A stretch of 24,000 bases of DNA from Bacillota bacterium (GCA_963666425.2 OY762825.2:1143478-1167477), one strand, 5' to 3'; counted from the first letter of the stretch, positions 1-9,264 are shown. Notes: a model not told the origin generated them from the sequence alone. Program-made: numbers and translations.

Positions 1-986
1 CCAATGATACCAACCGGAAGACCCGATCCAATCCCCAAGACCATATAACCGAGCTGGCTGATCGCATGATAGGATAAGAGACGTTTCATATCTTTCTGAA
101 TCAAAGCCATGGCGACGGCGAAAACAATGGTGACCGTCCCTACGCTCATCATGATGATACTCATTAGACCACCGGGCACAAAATCATAAACACCTAACAC
201 AATTCTGGCGGCAAAATAGATGCCCAGTATTTTTTCTAAAGACGCCGGAAAAGCGACCATGAAAACAGTCGGTGCGTCATCAGAGGCATTTGGTATCCAA
301 CTGTGAAAAGGCATGCTGCCTGCTTTGCCAATAGCACCGAACATCAGGCAGAGGAATCCCAAAATGCCGATACCTTGAATCGGCAGCTTGCTGATTTGGC
401 TAAGATTACCTGTTCCCGCCAGATAAGTGGTGAGAATGATACCAAGCATCAGCAATAGATCTGCTGAACCGGAAATCGTCAGCGCTTTGACTGCCGCAGC
501 GGGATGCTCCTGATTGTTGATCAAGAGAATTCCAAACAAAGTACAAAGAAGCCCTTCCCAGAAAAACAGCATGATGCCGAGATGATCGGCGAGAATTGCC
601 CCGTTAATCAAGGCAAGACTGAGATAAAGATAGAAGAGGTAGAGCCCCTGAAAAGATACACGGCTTAGATTGGCTACTGTATAAAGAGCAATCAGACAAA
701 ACATGGCTGCCGTAAATGTCAGGAAAAACGCGGAAAAGGCATAGGAGCGCAGAGAAAATTCAAAACCGAAGGCCGTAAACGGCAGTTTCGCATAAAATTC
801 AGCAGTTGTATACAAACTGAGCGAAAAAACCAGATTTGCAAACGCTGCCGCTGCCGCGGTGACTGCCTGCAGGACCGCTTGCTTGCGGAAGAGCCAGAGC
901 AAGATACCGCTGACGATCGGCAGCCCGACCATACAGAGCAGAAGATTACTATTCAGTTTTAGAAATTCAGCGATGACATGCAGCAT
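1..986 (-). CDS. NuoL/M/N (complex I subunit 5 / MnhD / HyfB-like) proton-conducting antiporter-type membrane subunit; 3-prime end truncated by window start
   Basis: Absent from the ORF track because it runs off the window. My own translation from the ATG at 986-984 gives MLHVIAEFLKLNSNLLL... and stays open to position 1. The product is very hydrophobic. Family signatures were read directly: GAIGKAGSMPFHSWIPNA (about 290-345) and LLSYHAISQLGYM (about 45-85), both in frame with the ATG. The ATG abuts the TAA of the upstream paralogue (TAAATG). Confidence 0.8.
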   Translation of the reverse strand, partial: MLHVIAEFLKLNSNLLLCMVGLPIVSGILLWLFRKQAVLQAVTAAAAAFANLVFSLSLYTTAEFYAKLPFTAFGFEFSLRSYAFSAFFLTFTAAMFCLIALYTVANLSRVSFQGLYLFYLYLSLALINGAILADHLGIMLFFWEGLLCTLFGILLINNQEHPAAAVKALTISGSADLLLMLGIILTTYLAGTGNLSQISKLPIQGIGILGFLCLMFGAIGKAGSMPFHSWIPNASDDAPTVFMVAFPASLEKILGIYFAARIVLGVYDFVPGGLMSIIMMSVGTVTIVFAVAMALIQKDMKRLLSYHAISQLGYMVLGIGSGLPVGII

Positions 987-2405
987 TTATAGTCCACCCC
1001 CATAAGCAATCATTGCGAGCTGGGACGGCAGATAAATAAAGATACCCAGCAAAAGTGCCACAATTCCCAGTGTCATCACACTGGCAACCATGATCGGTGT
1101 CCCTTCTTTGACTTCTGGATTCGTCTGAGGTCCCAAAAATACCTTAACGAAAAGACGAGTCAAATACATGACGGTCATCACAGCACCCAGGATGAAGACG
1201 ACTCCAAGTCCAATCTGATTGGCAGAAATGATTCCGTCAATGACAAGGTATTTCGCGAAGAAACCGGAAAAAGGCGGGATTCCCATGACGGAAAAGGCGC
1301 AGAGCAAAAAAGCAACCGCAGTAAAGGGCATTGTTTTAGCCAAACCGCCCATTTTACGAATGTCCTTGGTATGCATATTATGCTCTACAATTCCGGCGCA
1401 AAGAAAGAGACCGCCCTTGGCAACACTGTGTGCCAGGATATAGAGAAGTCCTCCAACGAAACCGATTTCATTGCCGCAGGAAAGCCCCAGCAAAATAAAA
1501 GCCAACTGACTGATGGTAGAATAGGCCACGACCCGTTTGATATCATTTTCCCGCAGCGCCACACCGGCGCTGATTAAAGCGCTGACCGCAGCGATGATTG
1601 GGACAACTGTAAGAAAAATGCCATCCACATGGAAGGTCAGTACAAAGAAGCGGGCATAGGCATAAACACCAATCTTAACCAGCACCGCAGCATGTAAAAG
1701 CGAGGTAACCGGCGAAGGCGCCACACCGGCATCCGGCAGCCAACTATGCAAAGGAAAGGTTGCAGATTTGGATAAAATGCCAAACAGGATCAGGACGACT
1801 GTCCAGGCAGGAATGGCGACGCCTTTCATGGCAGTCAGTTCAAAAGTACCAGTCTGTCCATAAATACTGATGAAACCAACCAACATGATCAAAGCGCCGA
1901 GCACCGTAACGATAAACGCTTTGTTGGCCCGCTGTACCGGAATTTCCTCGCGGTAAAACCCAATCAATCTCCAACAGCATAAAGCGGAAATTTCCCAAAA
2001 GGTATAAATGGCGATCAGGTTGGTCGAATAGACGAGTCCCATCATCGCGCCGATGAACAAACAGATCATCATGTAATATTCATTCTGATTTTCGTATTCC
2101 TCTATATAACCAAAGGAATAGAGAACAATAATAAAACTGACAAACGAGGCTGTCAAAGCCATAAAAACAGCGAGCGCATCCGCATAGAAACCAAAACTCA
2201 AACCAAGCGGCAGCGCAAAGCGGAGAGAAAGCGGCTGACCAGCCAAGACAGCCGGCAAAGCAGCGGCTGCACAAAGAAATCCAACCGCTACAAATACCAA
2301 AGTCATACCGTTGCGCAGCTTCTCCGACCATCTGCCAAACAACGGCAGCAGCAACGCTCCCAAGAGCGGTACTAAAACACCTACTACTAAAACCCATGCA
2401 TTCAT
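987..2405 (-). CDS. NuoL/M/N (MnhD/HyfB-like) proton-conducting antiporter-type membrane subunit
   Basis: The 491-aa ORF is polytopic and hydrophobic. It carries family motifs (KSATFPLHSWLPDAGVAPSPVTSLLHAA; AYSTISQLAFILLG). The track start at 2462 is a TTG. I prefer the ATG at 2405-2403 (MNAWVLVVG...), which is preceded by GGAAAGGTGA. Confidence 0.88.
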   Translation of the reverse strand: MNAWVLVVGVLVPLLGALLLPLFGRWSEKLRNGMTLVFVAVGFLCAAAALPAVLAGQPLSLRFALPLGLSFGFYADALAVFMALTASFVSFIIVLYSFGYIEEYENQNEYYMMICLFIGAMMGLVYSTNLIAIYTFWEISALCCWRLIGFYREEIPVQRANKAFIVTVLGALIMLVGFISIYGQTGTFELTAMKGVAIPAWTVVLILFGILSKSATFPLHSWLPDAGVAPSPVTSLLHAAVLVKIGVYAYARFFVLTFHVDGIFLTVVPIIAAVSALISAGVALRENDIKRVVAYSTISQLAFILLGLSCGNEIGFVGGLLYILAHSVAKGGLFLCAGIVEHNMHTKDIRKMGGLAKTMPFTAVAFLLCAFSVMGIPPFSGFFAKYLVIDGIISANQIGLGVVFILGAVMTVMYLTRLFVKVFLGPQTNPEVKEGTPIMVASVMTLGIVALLLGIFIYLPSQLAMIAYGGGL

Positions 2406-2455
2406 GATTTCGCAATCACCTTTCCATTTCAAGTTAACCGGCTGACAAGGTATGG

Positions 2456-3457
2456 TCAGCAAATTCGGGGCAGTAATTCCCCCCGTGGCAGCAGAATTCT
2501 TCTGTGCGAGCCAAATTCCGTAACGGCAACGACTTTACCGCTGCCTTTTCGTACTTCTCCGATTATTACCGCATGCTTGCCATGCGCATCCTTTTGCAGA
2601 GCGGCAATGACGTCTTTGGCACAGCTTTGCGCTACCGCCAAAAGCACAACCCCTTCATTGGCAATAAACAGCGGATCAAGCCCTAAGATTTTGCAAGCTG
2701 CCCGGACATCCGCCCGCACCGGCAGTTCCTGATCATAGAGAAGAATATCGGTATCAGCCGTCACCCATTCACAGAGCGTGGCAGCTACACCTCCGCGGGT
2801 AGGATCCCGCAGCGCATGAACCGAATTGCCGTTTGCTTGCAATACTCCCTGCACCATTTCGGCTAAAGGCGCCACATCGCTTTCAATCGCCGGCTGAAAG
2901 CCCAGATGATTGCGTTCGGCCATCACGGCCATACCGTGACAGGCCAGAAAACTGCTGGCGATAATACAGTCGCCTGCTGCGATTTTTTGCGGTGGAATGC
3001 TTCGTCCCGTGGTAAAAACGCCGATACCCGCTGTATTGATGAAGATGCGGTCCGCGCTGTTCTGCTCAACAACCTTAGTATCGCCGGTCACAATTTGTAC
3101 TCCGGCTTCTTTGGCCGTATCGGCAATCGACTTGACAATTCGCAGCAGCACGCTGATCTCTAAACCCGCTGCCAGGATCATCCCCACTGAGAGGAATTTT
3201 GGGCAAGCACCGCTGACCGCCAGATCATTCACCGTCCCGCTGACCGCCAGTCTGCCGATATCGCCGCCGGGAAAAAACAGGGGCCTGACGACATAACTGT
3301 CTGTTGTCATGGCAATCGTTTCACCAACGCTTAAGATTGCCGAATCGGTCAGAGGATTCAAATAGGGATTGGCATATGCAGGCAAAAACAACTGTTCGAC
3401 CAATTCTCTGGATTTTACCCCGCCGGATCCGTGCGCCAGCGTGATCACTTCGTCCAT
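2456..3457 (-). CDS. hypE: Hydrogenase maturation protein HypE (carbamoyl dehydratase, AIR-synthase fold)
   Basis: 333 aa. N-terminus is ITLAHGSGG. The C-terminus ends in the conserved PRIC motif. It directly follows hypD with a 3-nt gap. Confidence 0.95.
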   Translation of the reverse strand: MDEVITLAHGSGGVKSRELVEQLFLPAYANPYLNPLTDSAILSVGETIAMTTDSYVVRPLFFPGGDIGRLAVSGTVNDLAVSGACPKFLSVGMILAAGLEISVLLRIVKSIADTAKEAGVQIVTGDTKVVEQNSADRIFINTAGIGVFTTGRSIPPQKIAAGDCIIASSFLACHGMAVMAERNHLGFQPAIESDVAPLAEMVQGVLQANGNSVHALRDPTRGGVAATLCEWVTADTDILLYDQELPVRADVRAACKILGLDPLFIANEGVVLLAVAQSCAKDVIAALQKDAHGKHAVIIGEVRKGSGKVVAVTEFGSHRRILLPRGELLPRIC

Positions 3458-3460
3458 GCT

Positions 3461-4525
3461 TTATTCCTCCCTGTAGCGGTAATAAGCCGCGCAAGCGCCC
3501 TCAGACGAGACCATACACGGTCCGATCGGAGCGTCTGGTGTGCAAGCGCTGCCAAAATGAGCACAATTTGGCGGTATCGCTTTACCGCGTAAGATAGCGG
3601 CACACAGACATCCCTTTGGTTCCGCCATTTCCGTTTTTTCAATGGCAAAGCGATTTCGTGCGTCATAAGCGCGGTAAGCCGGACGAAATTGCAAACCGCT
3701 TTGCGGCAGACTGCCCAGACCGCGCCAGATGGCGTCGCTCGGTTCCATCACCCGATAGAGCAAATCCAAGGCGCTGCGGTTGCCGGTTGGCGTCACAACT
3801 TGAGGATACATATTGACACATTCTAATTTCTGCTTTTGAATCAGATCCATGATTGATAAAATCGCCGCCAAAATCTCATCGGCTTCAAACCCGGCAATGG
3901 CAGCGGGTAAATGTAATTTTTCCGGTACGAAAGCAAACGCATCTGCCCCGATCATCGCCGCAACATGTCCGGGGCAAAGCAAAGCATCGATACTGCTTTC
4001 ATTCTGCAGCAGAGCGGTGATTGCCGCTGGCATTGTCTTATGCGCGTTCAAAATGCTGAGATTGCGCACCTTTGCTCGCGCAGCTTTTTCTACCAATACC
4101 GCCGTATGCGGTGCGGTGGTTTCAAATCCGATGCCAAAATAAACCACTTGTTTTTCCGGCTGTTGCTGCGCAATGGTCAGCGCATCCAGCGGTGAGGTAA
4201 CCAATCGAACATCTCTGCCCTGTTCATACAGCGAATAGAGACTAATCTTACCGTTCGGCACCCGCATCATATCGCCAAAGCAGGTGAATATCACTTCATC
4301 CCGGCTCGCCAGCGCGATCGCTGCAGCAATATCCGCCGACGAAGTAACACAAACCGGACAGCCCGGTCCGGAGACAAGCCGGATATTCGACGGTAAAAGA
4401 GAGGGTAAGCCATATTGCCGGATACTGGAAGTATGGGTTCCGCAAACTTCCATGATCGTCACTGGACCGGTTTGATCAGCCAGTTTCCTAATTCCCTGCA
4501 GTAAATCCGCTATGCTGTAATTCAT
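3461..4525 (-). CDS. hypD: Hydrogenase maturation protein HypD (Fe-S scaffold)
   Basis: 354 aa. Signatures present: CGTHT, GPGCPVCV and GFETT. Gene order is hypC-hypD-hypE. Confidence 0.95.
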   Translation of the reverse strand: MNYSIADLLQGIRKLADQTGPVTIMEVCGTHTSSIRQYGLPSLLPSNIRLVSGPGCPVCVTSSADIAAAIALASRDEVIFTCFGDMMRVPNGKISLYSLYEQGRDVRLVTSPLDALTIAQQQPEKQVVYFGIGFETTAPHTAVLVEKAARAKVRNLSILNAHKTMPAAITALLQNESSIDALLCPGHVAAMIGADAFAFVPEKLHLPAAIAGFEADEILAAILSIMDLIQKQKLECVNMYPQVVTPTGNRSALDLLYRVMEPSDAIWRGLGSLPQSGLQFRPAYRAYDARNRFAIEKTEMAEPKGCLCAAILRGKAIPPNCAHFGSACTPDAPIGPCMVSSEGACAAYYRYREE

Positions 4526-4529
4526 CTGC

Positions 4530-4748
4530 TTAGAGAACGTCCAGCGTTGCTTTGACGAGTTTCTGCAGTTCTTCGCCGGCTTTTTTATCCAGGATCTGTA
4601 TTACAAAACCGGCATGCACCAGCACGATGTCACCCAGCACAGCCTTCTCCATCAAACTGAGATCGGCACGTTTTGAAATGCCACCATAATCAATGGTAGC
4701 TTCTCCGTCTTGGATTTTTGTGATCAATCCGGGGATTGCAAGGCACAT
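4530..4748 (-). CDS. hypC: Hydrogenase assembly chaperone HypC/HupF
   Basis: 72 aa. Starts with the canonical MCLAIPG (essential Cys2). Size and position before hypD fit. Confidence 0.92.
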   Translation of the reverse strand: MCLAIPGLITKIQDGEATIDYGGISKRADLSLMEKAVLGDIVLVHAGFVIQILDKKAGEELQKLVKATLDVL

Positions 4749-4754
4749 CTTTCT

Positions 4755-7046
4755 TCACCTCATTCGATAAGCAACCGCAGCCGCTTGGCCAAAAGCGATA
4801 CCGCCGTCGTTGGTTGGTATTTTTTCGTTGCTATAAACCAGAAACCCCTGCTCTTCCAGCGCGGTCATGGCCTGGCCCAACAGATATTCATTCTGAAAAA
4901 CACCACCGGATAAGACTACCTTCTGACTGCCGTTATTTTGACGCTGCAGAATTGCCGCTTGCACGATCAATTCTACAACCGCACGATGAAAGCGCAGCGA
5001 CAGGCTGCCGGCAGGGACAGCGTTTTTACGATCGGTAAGGACCGCACAAATCAGCGGCCGCCAATCAAACAACATTCCCTCGTCAGTCTGTTCGATGGCA
5101 AAATGGTAACTGCCCGCTGCCGTTTCGTCCATGCTTTGCTGCAGTTCAATTGCTGCCTGTCCCTCATAGGTAGTAATGGGACAAATCCCGGCTAAAGCAG
5201 CCACTGCATCAAACAGACGTCCCATGGAAGAAGTCAGGGGTGAGTTGACTTCCCTTTCTCCTGCCTGCAGCAAAATTTCCGCTGTTTCTCTGTCTTTGGG
5301 GAACAAGTCCAATGCTGTCTCGCGGCCACAGGTTTGCGCCGTGACAGCCAAGGCGACTCGCCAAGGTTCTTTGATTGCTGTCTCGCCACCCAACAACCGA
5401 AACGGGAGCAAATGACCTACCCGGCTGCTCGAACCAATGTTGCCGAGCAGTGCTTCCCCACCCCAGATACTGCCATCATCTCCCAAACCTGAACCGTCAA
5501 AAATCAAGCCGAAGATTTGCTCTTCGTTCAGATCATGTTCGGCCAGTACCGAGGCAAAGTGAGCATGATGATGTTGAATCGGGATGATCTGAATCTCTTG
5601 TTCTGTTTTATTGGTCTTCTGAAACGCTTGTTTCAGTGATTTTTGATAAGTAACAGCATAACGGCTGGAAAGATAATCCGGATGGTAATCACAGGCGATC
5701 ACGGCAGGCAGCGCTTCAAAGATTTTCAAAAAAGCTGCGATCTCGTCTGTGTAAGATTTTTCGGTATCAGCATCATCCAAATCGCCGATATGGCCGCTGA
5801 GAAAGGCATTTTCCTGTTTTGCTAAGCAAAAAGTATTTTTTTGCTGTGCTCCCAAGGCAAGAATGACCTGCCGGTTTCCCGGCAAGCGAAGCGGTTCCGG
5901 TACAAATCCCCGCGCCCGCCGCAGCAGATGCAGCCGGTCGTGCACCACGATACCTACACTGTCATCCATTCGGCGGTAAATTTGGCGATTATGGGTCAGA
6001 ACAGCGTCGGCTATCTGGGAAAACCCGGTGAAAGCTTCTTCATCCTGAAAGACCATTGGCCGGTCGGATAAATTTCCGCTTGTCATCACCAAAACCTCTT
6101 GATTTTGCAGCAAAAGGTAATGCAGCGGGGTGTAAGGCAGCATCACACCCAAACGATGATTGTTCTGACATACACTCCAGGCGATGGAACAGTCCGGTTT
6201 TTTCTGTAAAAGCACAATCGGTTTCTGTATAGACGTCAAGGCTCTTTGTTCCGCTTGATTCATCACGCAATATTTTTCTACGGTAGCCAGATCCGGCATC
6301 ATGACCGCAAATGGTTTGTCATAACGTAATTTCCTTTGGCGCAGCGTCTGGACAGCTGCTTCATTGCGCGCGTCGCAAACCAGGTGATAGCCGCCGATTC
6401 CCTTGACAGCCACGATTTTGCCGGCAGCAATTCTGCTTTGGAATGAATCGTAAACATCCCCCGCGAGCGGTTTACCTTTTTGGTAAAAGCTCAAATGCGG
6501 ACCGCAATCGGGACAGGCATTGGGTTGAGCATGAAAACGCCGATCGGCCGGGTCCTCGTATTCTGCCTGGCAGGGTTCGCATTGCGTGAATTGTGCCATT
6601 GTTGTATTTTTACGATCATAAGGAATATCCTGAATGATCGTAAAACGTGGTCCGCAATTCGTACAATTGGTAAAAGCATAACGATAGCGCCGGTTTCCTT
6701 TTTCGGTTATATCCCGAATACAATCGGCACAGATCCCGATATCCGGTGAGATCATGGCATTTCGTGCCCCGGTAAGGCTAGCAAGAATGCGAAAACCAGG
6801 CTCTCCCCGCAGCGGCAGTTCTCTGACTGCAACTTTTTCAATTCGTGCCATTGGCGGTGGATTTTCCTGCAATTCGGTCAAGAATGCTGCACAACTGGCT
6901 TGATTCCCCTCAATTTCGATGGAAACACCCTTAGAAGTGTTATAGACAAACCCATCCAGCAAAAGAGACTTCGCGATGCGATAAACAAAGGGGCGGAATC
7001 CCACACCCTGCACAATTCCTTGAACTTCTACAGCATATCTTACCAT
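4755..7046 (-). CDS. hypF: Carbamoyltransferase HypF
   Basis: 763 aa. N-terminal acylphosphatase motif VQGIVQGVGFRPFVYR. Two zinc-finger pairs (CADC...CTNCGPRF; CEPC...CPDCGP). YrdC-like and Kae1-like C-terminal regions. Confidence 0.95.
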   Translation of the reverse strand: MVRYAVEVQGIVQGVGFRPFVYRIAKSLLLDGFVYNTSKGVSIEIEGNQASCAAFLTELQENPPPMARIEKVAVRELPLRGEPGFRILASLTGARNAMISPDIGICADCIRDITEKGNRRYRYAFTNCTNCGPRFTIIQDIPYDRKNTTMAQFTQCEPCQAEYEDPADRRFHAQPNACPDCGPHLSFYQKGKPLAGDVYDSFQSRIAAGKIVAVKGIGGYHLVCDARNEAAVQTLRQRKLRYDKPFAVMMPDLATVEKYCVMNQAEQRALTSIQKPIVLLQKKPDCSIAWSVCQNNHRLGVMLPYTPLHYLLLQNQEVLVMTSGNLSDRPMVFQDEEAFTGFSQIADAVLTHNRQIYRRMDDSVGIVVHDRLHLLRRARGFVPEPLRLPGNRQVILALGAQQKNTFCLAKQENAFLSGHIGDLDDADTEKSYTDEIAAFLKIFEALPAVIACDYHPDYLSSRYAVTYQKSLKQAFQKTNKTEQEIQIIPIQHHHAHFASVLAEHDLNEEQIFGLIFDGSGLGDDGSIWGGEALLGNIGSSSRVGHLLPFRLLGGETAIKEPWRVALAVTAQTCGRETALDLFPKDRETAEILLQAGEREVNSPLTSSMGRLFDAVAALAGICPITTYEGQAAIELQQSMDETAAGSYHFAIEQTDEGMLFDWRPLICAVLTDRKNAVPAGSLSLRFHRAVVELIVQAAILQRQNNGSQKVVLSGGVFQNEYLLGQAMTALEEQGFLVYSNEKIPTNDGGIAFGQAAAVAYRMR

Positions 7047-7061
7047 AGTACGACCCTTTAC

Positions 7062-7724
7062 TTAGCCTTTCCGGGCGGCAATCTTTTCTTCAAGATAAGT
7101 AATAACCGCATTTGCAGCATAGATACCGTTGCATTTACCGACTTCCAATATCTGCACTTTCGGATTGATCTGATGGATATAGGTTTTCATCGTATCGATA
7201 TTGACATCCACATAGGGAGCAAGATCGGTTTTCGTGATCACCACAGCATCGGTATGCAGCATCGCTGGCGGATATTTTAATGGTTTATCCTCCCCTTCCG
7301 GCGTACTTAAAATCACCAGACGAAGATCTTCGCCTAAATCATAGGAAATAGGACAGACCAAATTCCCCACATTTTCGATGATCAGCAAGTCAATTGCGCT
7401 GAGATCCAACTGCTCAATTTCGCTTTGAATCATTCTGGCATCCAGATGGCAGGCACCATTTGTATTGATCTGAGCAGCCTTAACTCCGGTCTTACGAATC
7501 CGCTCCGCATCATTTTGTGTCGCTAAGTCACCTTCAATTACGAAAATTCGCAGCTCTTTGGTTAAGACAGGCAGGATATTCTCCAGCAAAGTCGTTTTAC
7601 CGGAACCGGGCGAACCCATAATATCTAAAACAAAGACATGGTGTTTTTGAAAACCACTGCGGTTCGCTTGTGCAATCGCATCATTCAGTGATTTTAAATT
7701 TTGTCCCATTTCAATTTCAGCCAT
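7062..7724 (-). CDS. hypB: Hydrogenase nickel-incorporation GTPase HypB
   Basis: 220 aa. P-loop GSPGSGKTTLL. CH metal motif (NGACHLD). NKTD-like ITKTD. RBS AAGGAGAG lies upstream of the ATG at 7724. No N-terminal CxxCGC or His-rich tract is visible. Confidence 0.93.
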   Translation of the reverse strand: MAEIEMGQNLKSLNDAIAQANRSGFQKHHVFVLDIMGSPGSGKTTLLENILPVLTKELRIFVIEGDLATQNDAERIRKTGVKAAQINTNGACHLDARMIQSEIEQLDLSAIDLLIIENVGNLVCPISYDLGEDLRLVILSTPEGEDKPLKYPPAMLHTDAVVITKTDLAPYVDVNIDTMKTYIHQINPKVQILEVGKCNGIYAANAVITYLEEKIAARKG

Positions 7725-7739
7725 TTGTTTCTCTCCTTT

Positions 7740-8108
7740 TTATCGCTGTCCGTCTTCATTTGCGTATTTTTCACAGTCTAGGCTGATGATATAAATATCC
7801 TCGCCCTGCGTGATCTGATAATAAATACTGCGGCAGCTCGGACAGTGAAATGGAAAACCTGCTGGTTCATATTCCTGACCGCAGCCATCGCAGCGTACCT
7901 TGACCGGCAATTGAACCATTTCCAGCACAGCTCCCTGCAGCACACCGCTTTGCGTCATTGCTTCGAAAGCAAATGCCAGCGCATCCGGCATGGCGTTCGC
8001 CAACGCTCCCACAGCTAGCTTGACTGTATTGACTTGCTTGACATTCTGCCCTTGCAGAGCTTTTTCTGCCAGGGACAGTAAATCTTGCATTAAGGCTGTT
8101 TCGTGCAT
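7740..8108 (-). CDS. hypA: Hydrogenase nickel-insertion protein HypA
   Basis: The track ORF starts at a TTG (8120). I prefer the ATG at 8108-8106, which gives the canonical MHE N-terminus and is preceded by GGAGGT. Zinc site is CDGC...CPSC. Confidence 0.9.
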   Translation of the reverse strand: MHETALMQDLLSLAEKALQGQNVKQVNTVKLAVGALANAMPDALAFAFEAMTQSGVLQGAVLEMVQLPVKVRCDGCGQEYEPAGFPFHCPSCRSIYYQITQGEDIYIISLDCEKYANEDGQR

Positions 8109-8183
8109 CGCTACCTCCAATCAAAACGCAGATCAAGAACCGCTTGCGCTATCATCACCATTTTAATTGATATGGTCTCTTTT

Positions 8184-8240
8184 GCCGCAGCCGCTGTGCG
8201 GCGATTTTTGGCGATTTTGGTGCTGTTTTGCGCTGTTTTA
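8184..8240 (-). repeat. hyp leader element: 6-bp GC hairpin (8184-8202) followed by four phased T4-5 tracts (A-tracts on the coding strand) at about 10-bp spacing
   Basis: The plus strand reads GCCGCAgccgctgTGCGGC, then gcgaTTTTTg gcgaTTTTgg tgctgTTTTg cgctgTTTTa. Tract positions are 8205-8209, 8215-8218, 8226-8229 and 8236-8239. The element lies between the predicted promoter and the hypA RBS. Confidence 0.6.
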
Positions 8241-8268
8241 CAGACTATCCTTCGATTCTCGAAATTGA

Positions 8269-8296
8269 AGTATACCACTTAACAACACACTGTCAA
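8269..8296 (-). promoter_or_regulatory. Sigma-70-type promoter of the hyp operon
   Basis: The minus strand reads TTGACA (8296-8291), a 16-nt spacer, then TGgTATACT (extended -10; hexamer 8274-8269). It overlaps an 8-bp inverted repeat, TACCACTT / AAGTGGTA (8273-8280 / 8295-8302). Confidence 0.7.
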
Positions 8297-8466
8297 GTGG
8301 TACTTGGCACAATGTCGAAACTCCCCGTACAGCAACAATTTAATACCAATTGTCTTCTGTCAAGGGAGTTGTGGCTTCCTTATGCATTTGAGAATTCTCG
8401 TTTGGAGGAGAGTATTTGAGCCTGTAAGACCAATCCTTCTCTGACCGACCGACACGCCAACCGGAA

Positions 8467-9219
8467 TCAGCGGAGCGGTGCAGTTTCATAACTTCTGAAA
8501 TCGCAGCGCCGATCCGTGATCCACGCCGGATAAAACCCCACCCGATAAGCCACTCTTTGCGAAGCGAGGTTGCAGGCATCCACATCGTAGGTCGGTACAA
8601 AGCCGCGCTGCAGCAATTCCTGTGTCAAATCGCTGATCAGATAAGCCGCCAATCCCAAGCCCCGGTAGGCGGGCAAGACGGTAATGCCCAGCTGCCTGAT
8701 CTTATCCCATGGATCGCAAGCGCCTGCCATCGCCACAATCTGACCTTCTTGTTTTGCCAGTAAGACCAATTCAGTTTGATAAGGGTGTTTCCGGTTATAA
8801 ATCAAAGCGTTGTCAAAACCAGCAAATCCCAGCAGAGAAGGAATTTCATCCTGCTCAATCCATTCATAAGAGAAGCCAACCGGCGCTGTAATTGACTTTA
8901 ACTTGGACAAATCGGGCAAATAGTGCAGATAATATCCCCTGATGATTGGCAGAGAAAAGATTGTATCTCTGTCCTTGCCTTGCATCAAGGCTTTGGCGAT
9001 AGCCAGCCGTTCTGCGCTGGCCGATACCACAATGGATTTGCCCATCGATAAAAGATCAAAGGAGCGTTCGCCGAGCGTCTGTCGCCTGCGGCCGGGGTTC
9101 TCTTTTGCTTCGACAAAAATTACGCTGTCTTGTTCGCCATTCAGATCATCCACTGTGCAATTAAGGTCAATTGCCAATTGGATCTGCAACAAACGCAGCA
9201 TTTCTTTATGTGACATCAT
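8467..9219 (-). CDS. GNAT-family N-acetyltransferase
   Basis: The C-terminal half shows the GNAT acetyl-CoA pattern (ITVLPAYRGLGLAAYLISDLTQELLQRG). The track start (9237) is a TTG. An ATG pair at 9219/9216 lies 9 nt after GGAAGGA. Confidence 0.7.
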   Translation of the reverse strand: MMSHKEMLRLLQIQLAIDLNCTVDDLNGEQDSVIFVEAKENPGRRRQTLGERSFDLLSMGKSIVVSASAERLAIAKALMQGKDRDTIFSLPIIRGYYLHYLPDLSKLKSITAPVGFSYEWIEQDEIPSLLGFAGFDNALIYNRKHPYQTELVLLAKQEGQIVAMAGACDPWDKIRQLGITVLPAYRGLGLAAYLISDLTQELLQRGFVPTYDVDACNLASQRVAYRVGFYPAWITDRRCDFRSYETAPLR

Positions 9220-9264
9220 CAAGCTACATCCTTCCAAGCAGTTACACCTTGCTTTATGTACAGG

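Noticed and set aside
987-2462. N-terminal extensions given by the ORF track: 987-2462 (TTG), 7740-8120 (TTG), 8467-9237 (TTG), 9561-10028 and 10103-10717 (GTG)
   Set aside because: The extended starts lack an RBS or overlap the upstream gene. Internal ATG codons are preceded by good SD sequences and give canonical N-termini (for example MHE for HypA), so shorter coordinates were used.
8109-8262. NiCo or other known riboswitch in the hyp leader
   Set aside because: I could not match the leader to any riboswitch consensus I remember. Without a covariance-model search the claim would be unsupported, so it is kept only as a generic structured-leader finding.
8305-8319. Sigma-54-like TGGCAC element near the hyp promoter
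   Set aside because: It lies on the plus strand, where there is no downstream gene. The -12 element after the 5-nt spacer reads CGAA, not TTGC.
8228-8600. Small ORFs in or overlapping the hypA-GNAT intergenic region (8228-8419 plus strand, 63 aa; 8340-8600 minus strand, 86 aa)
   Set aside because: There is no RBS and the composition is odd (Trp/Arg-rich). One overlaps the GNAT 3-prime end out of frame. The region is better explained as promoter/leader.
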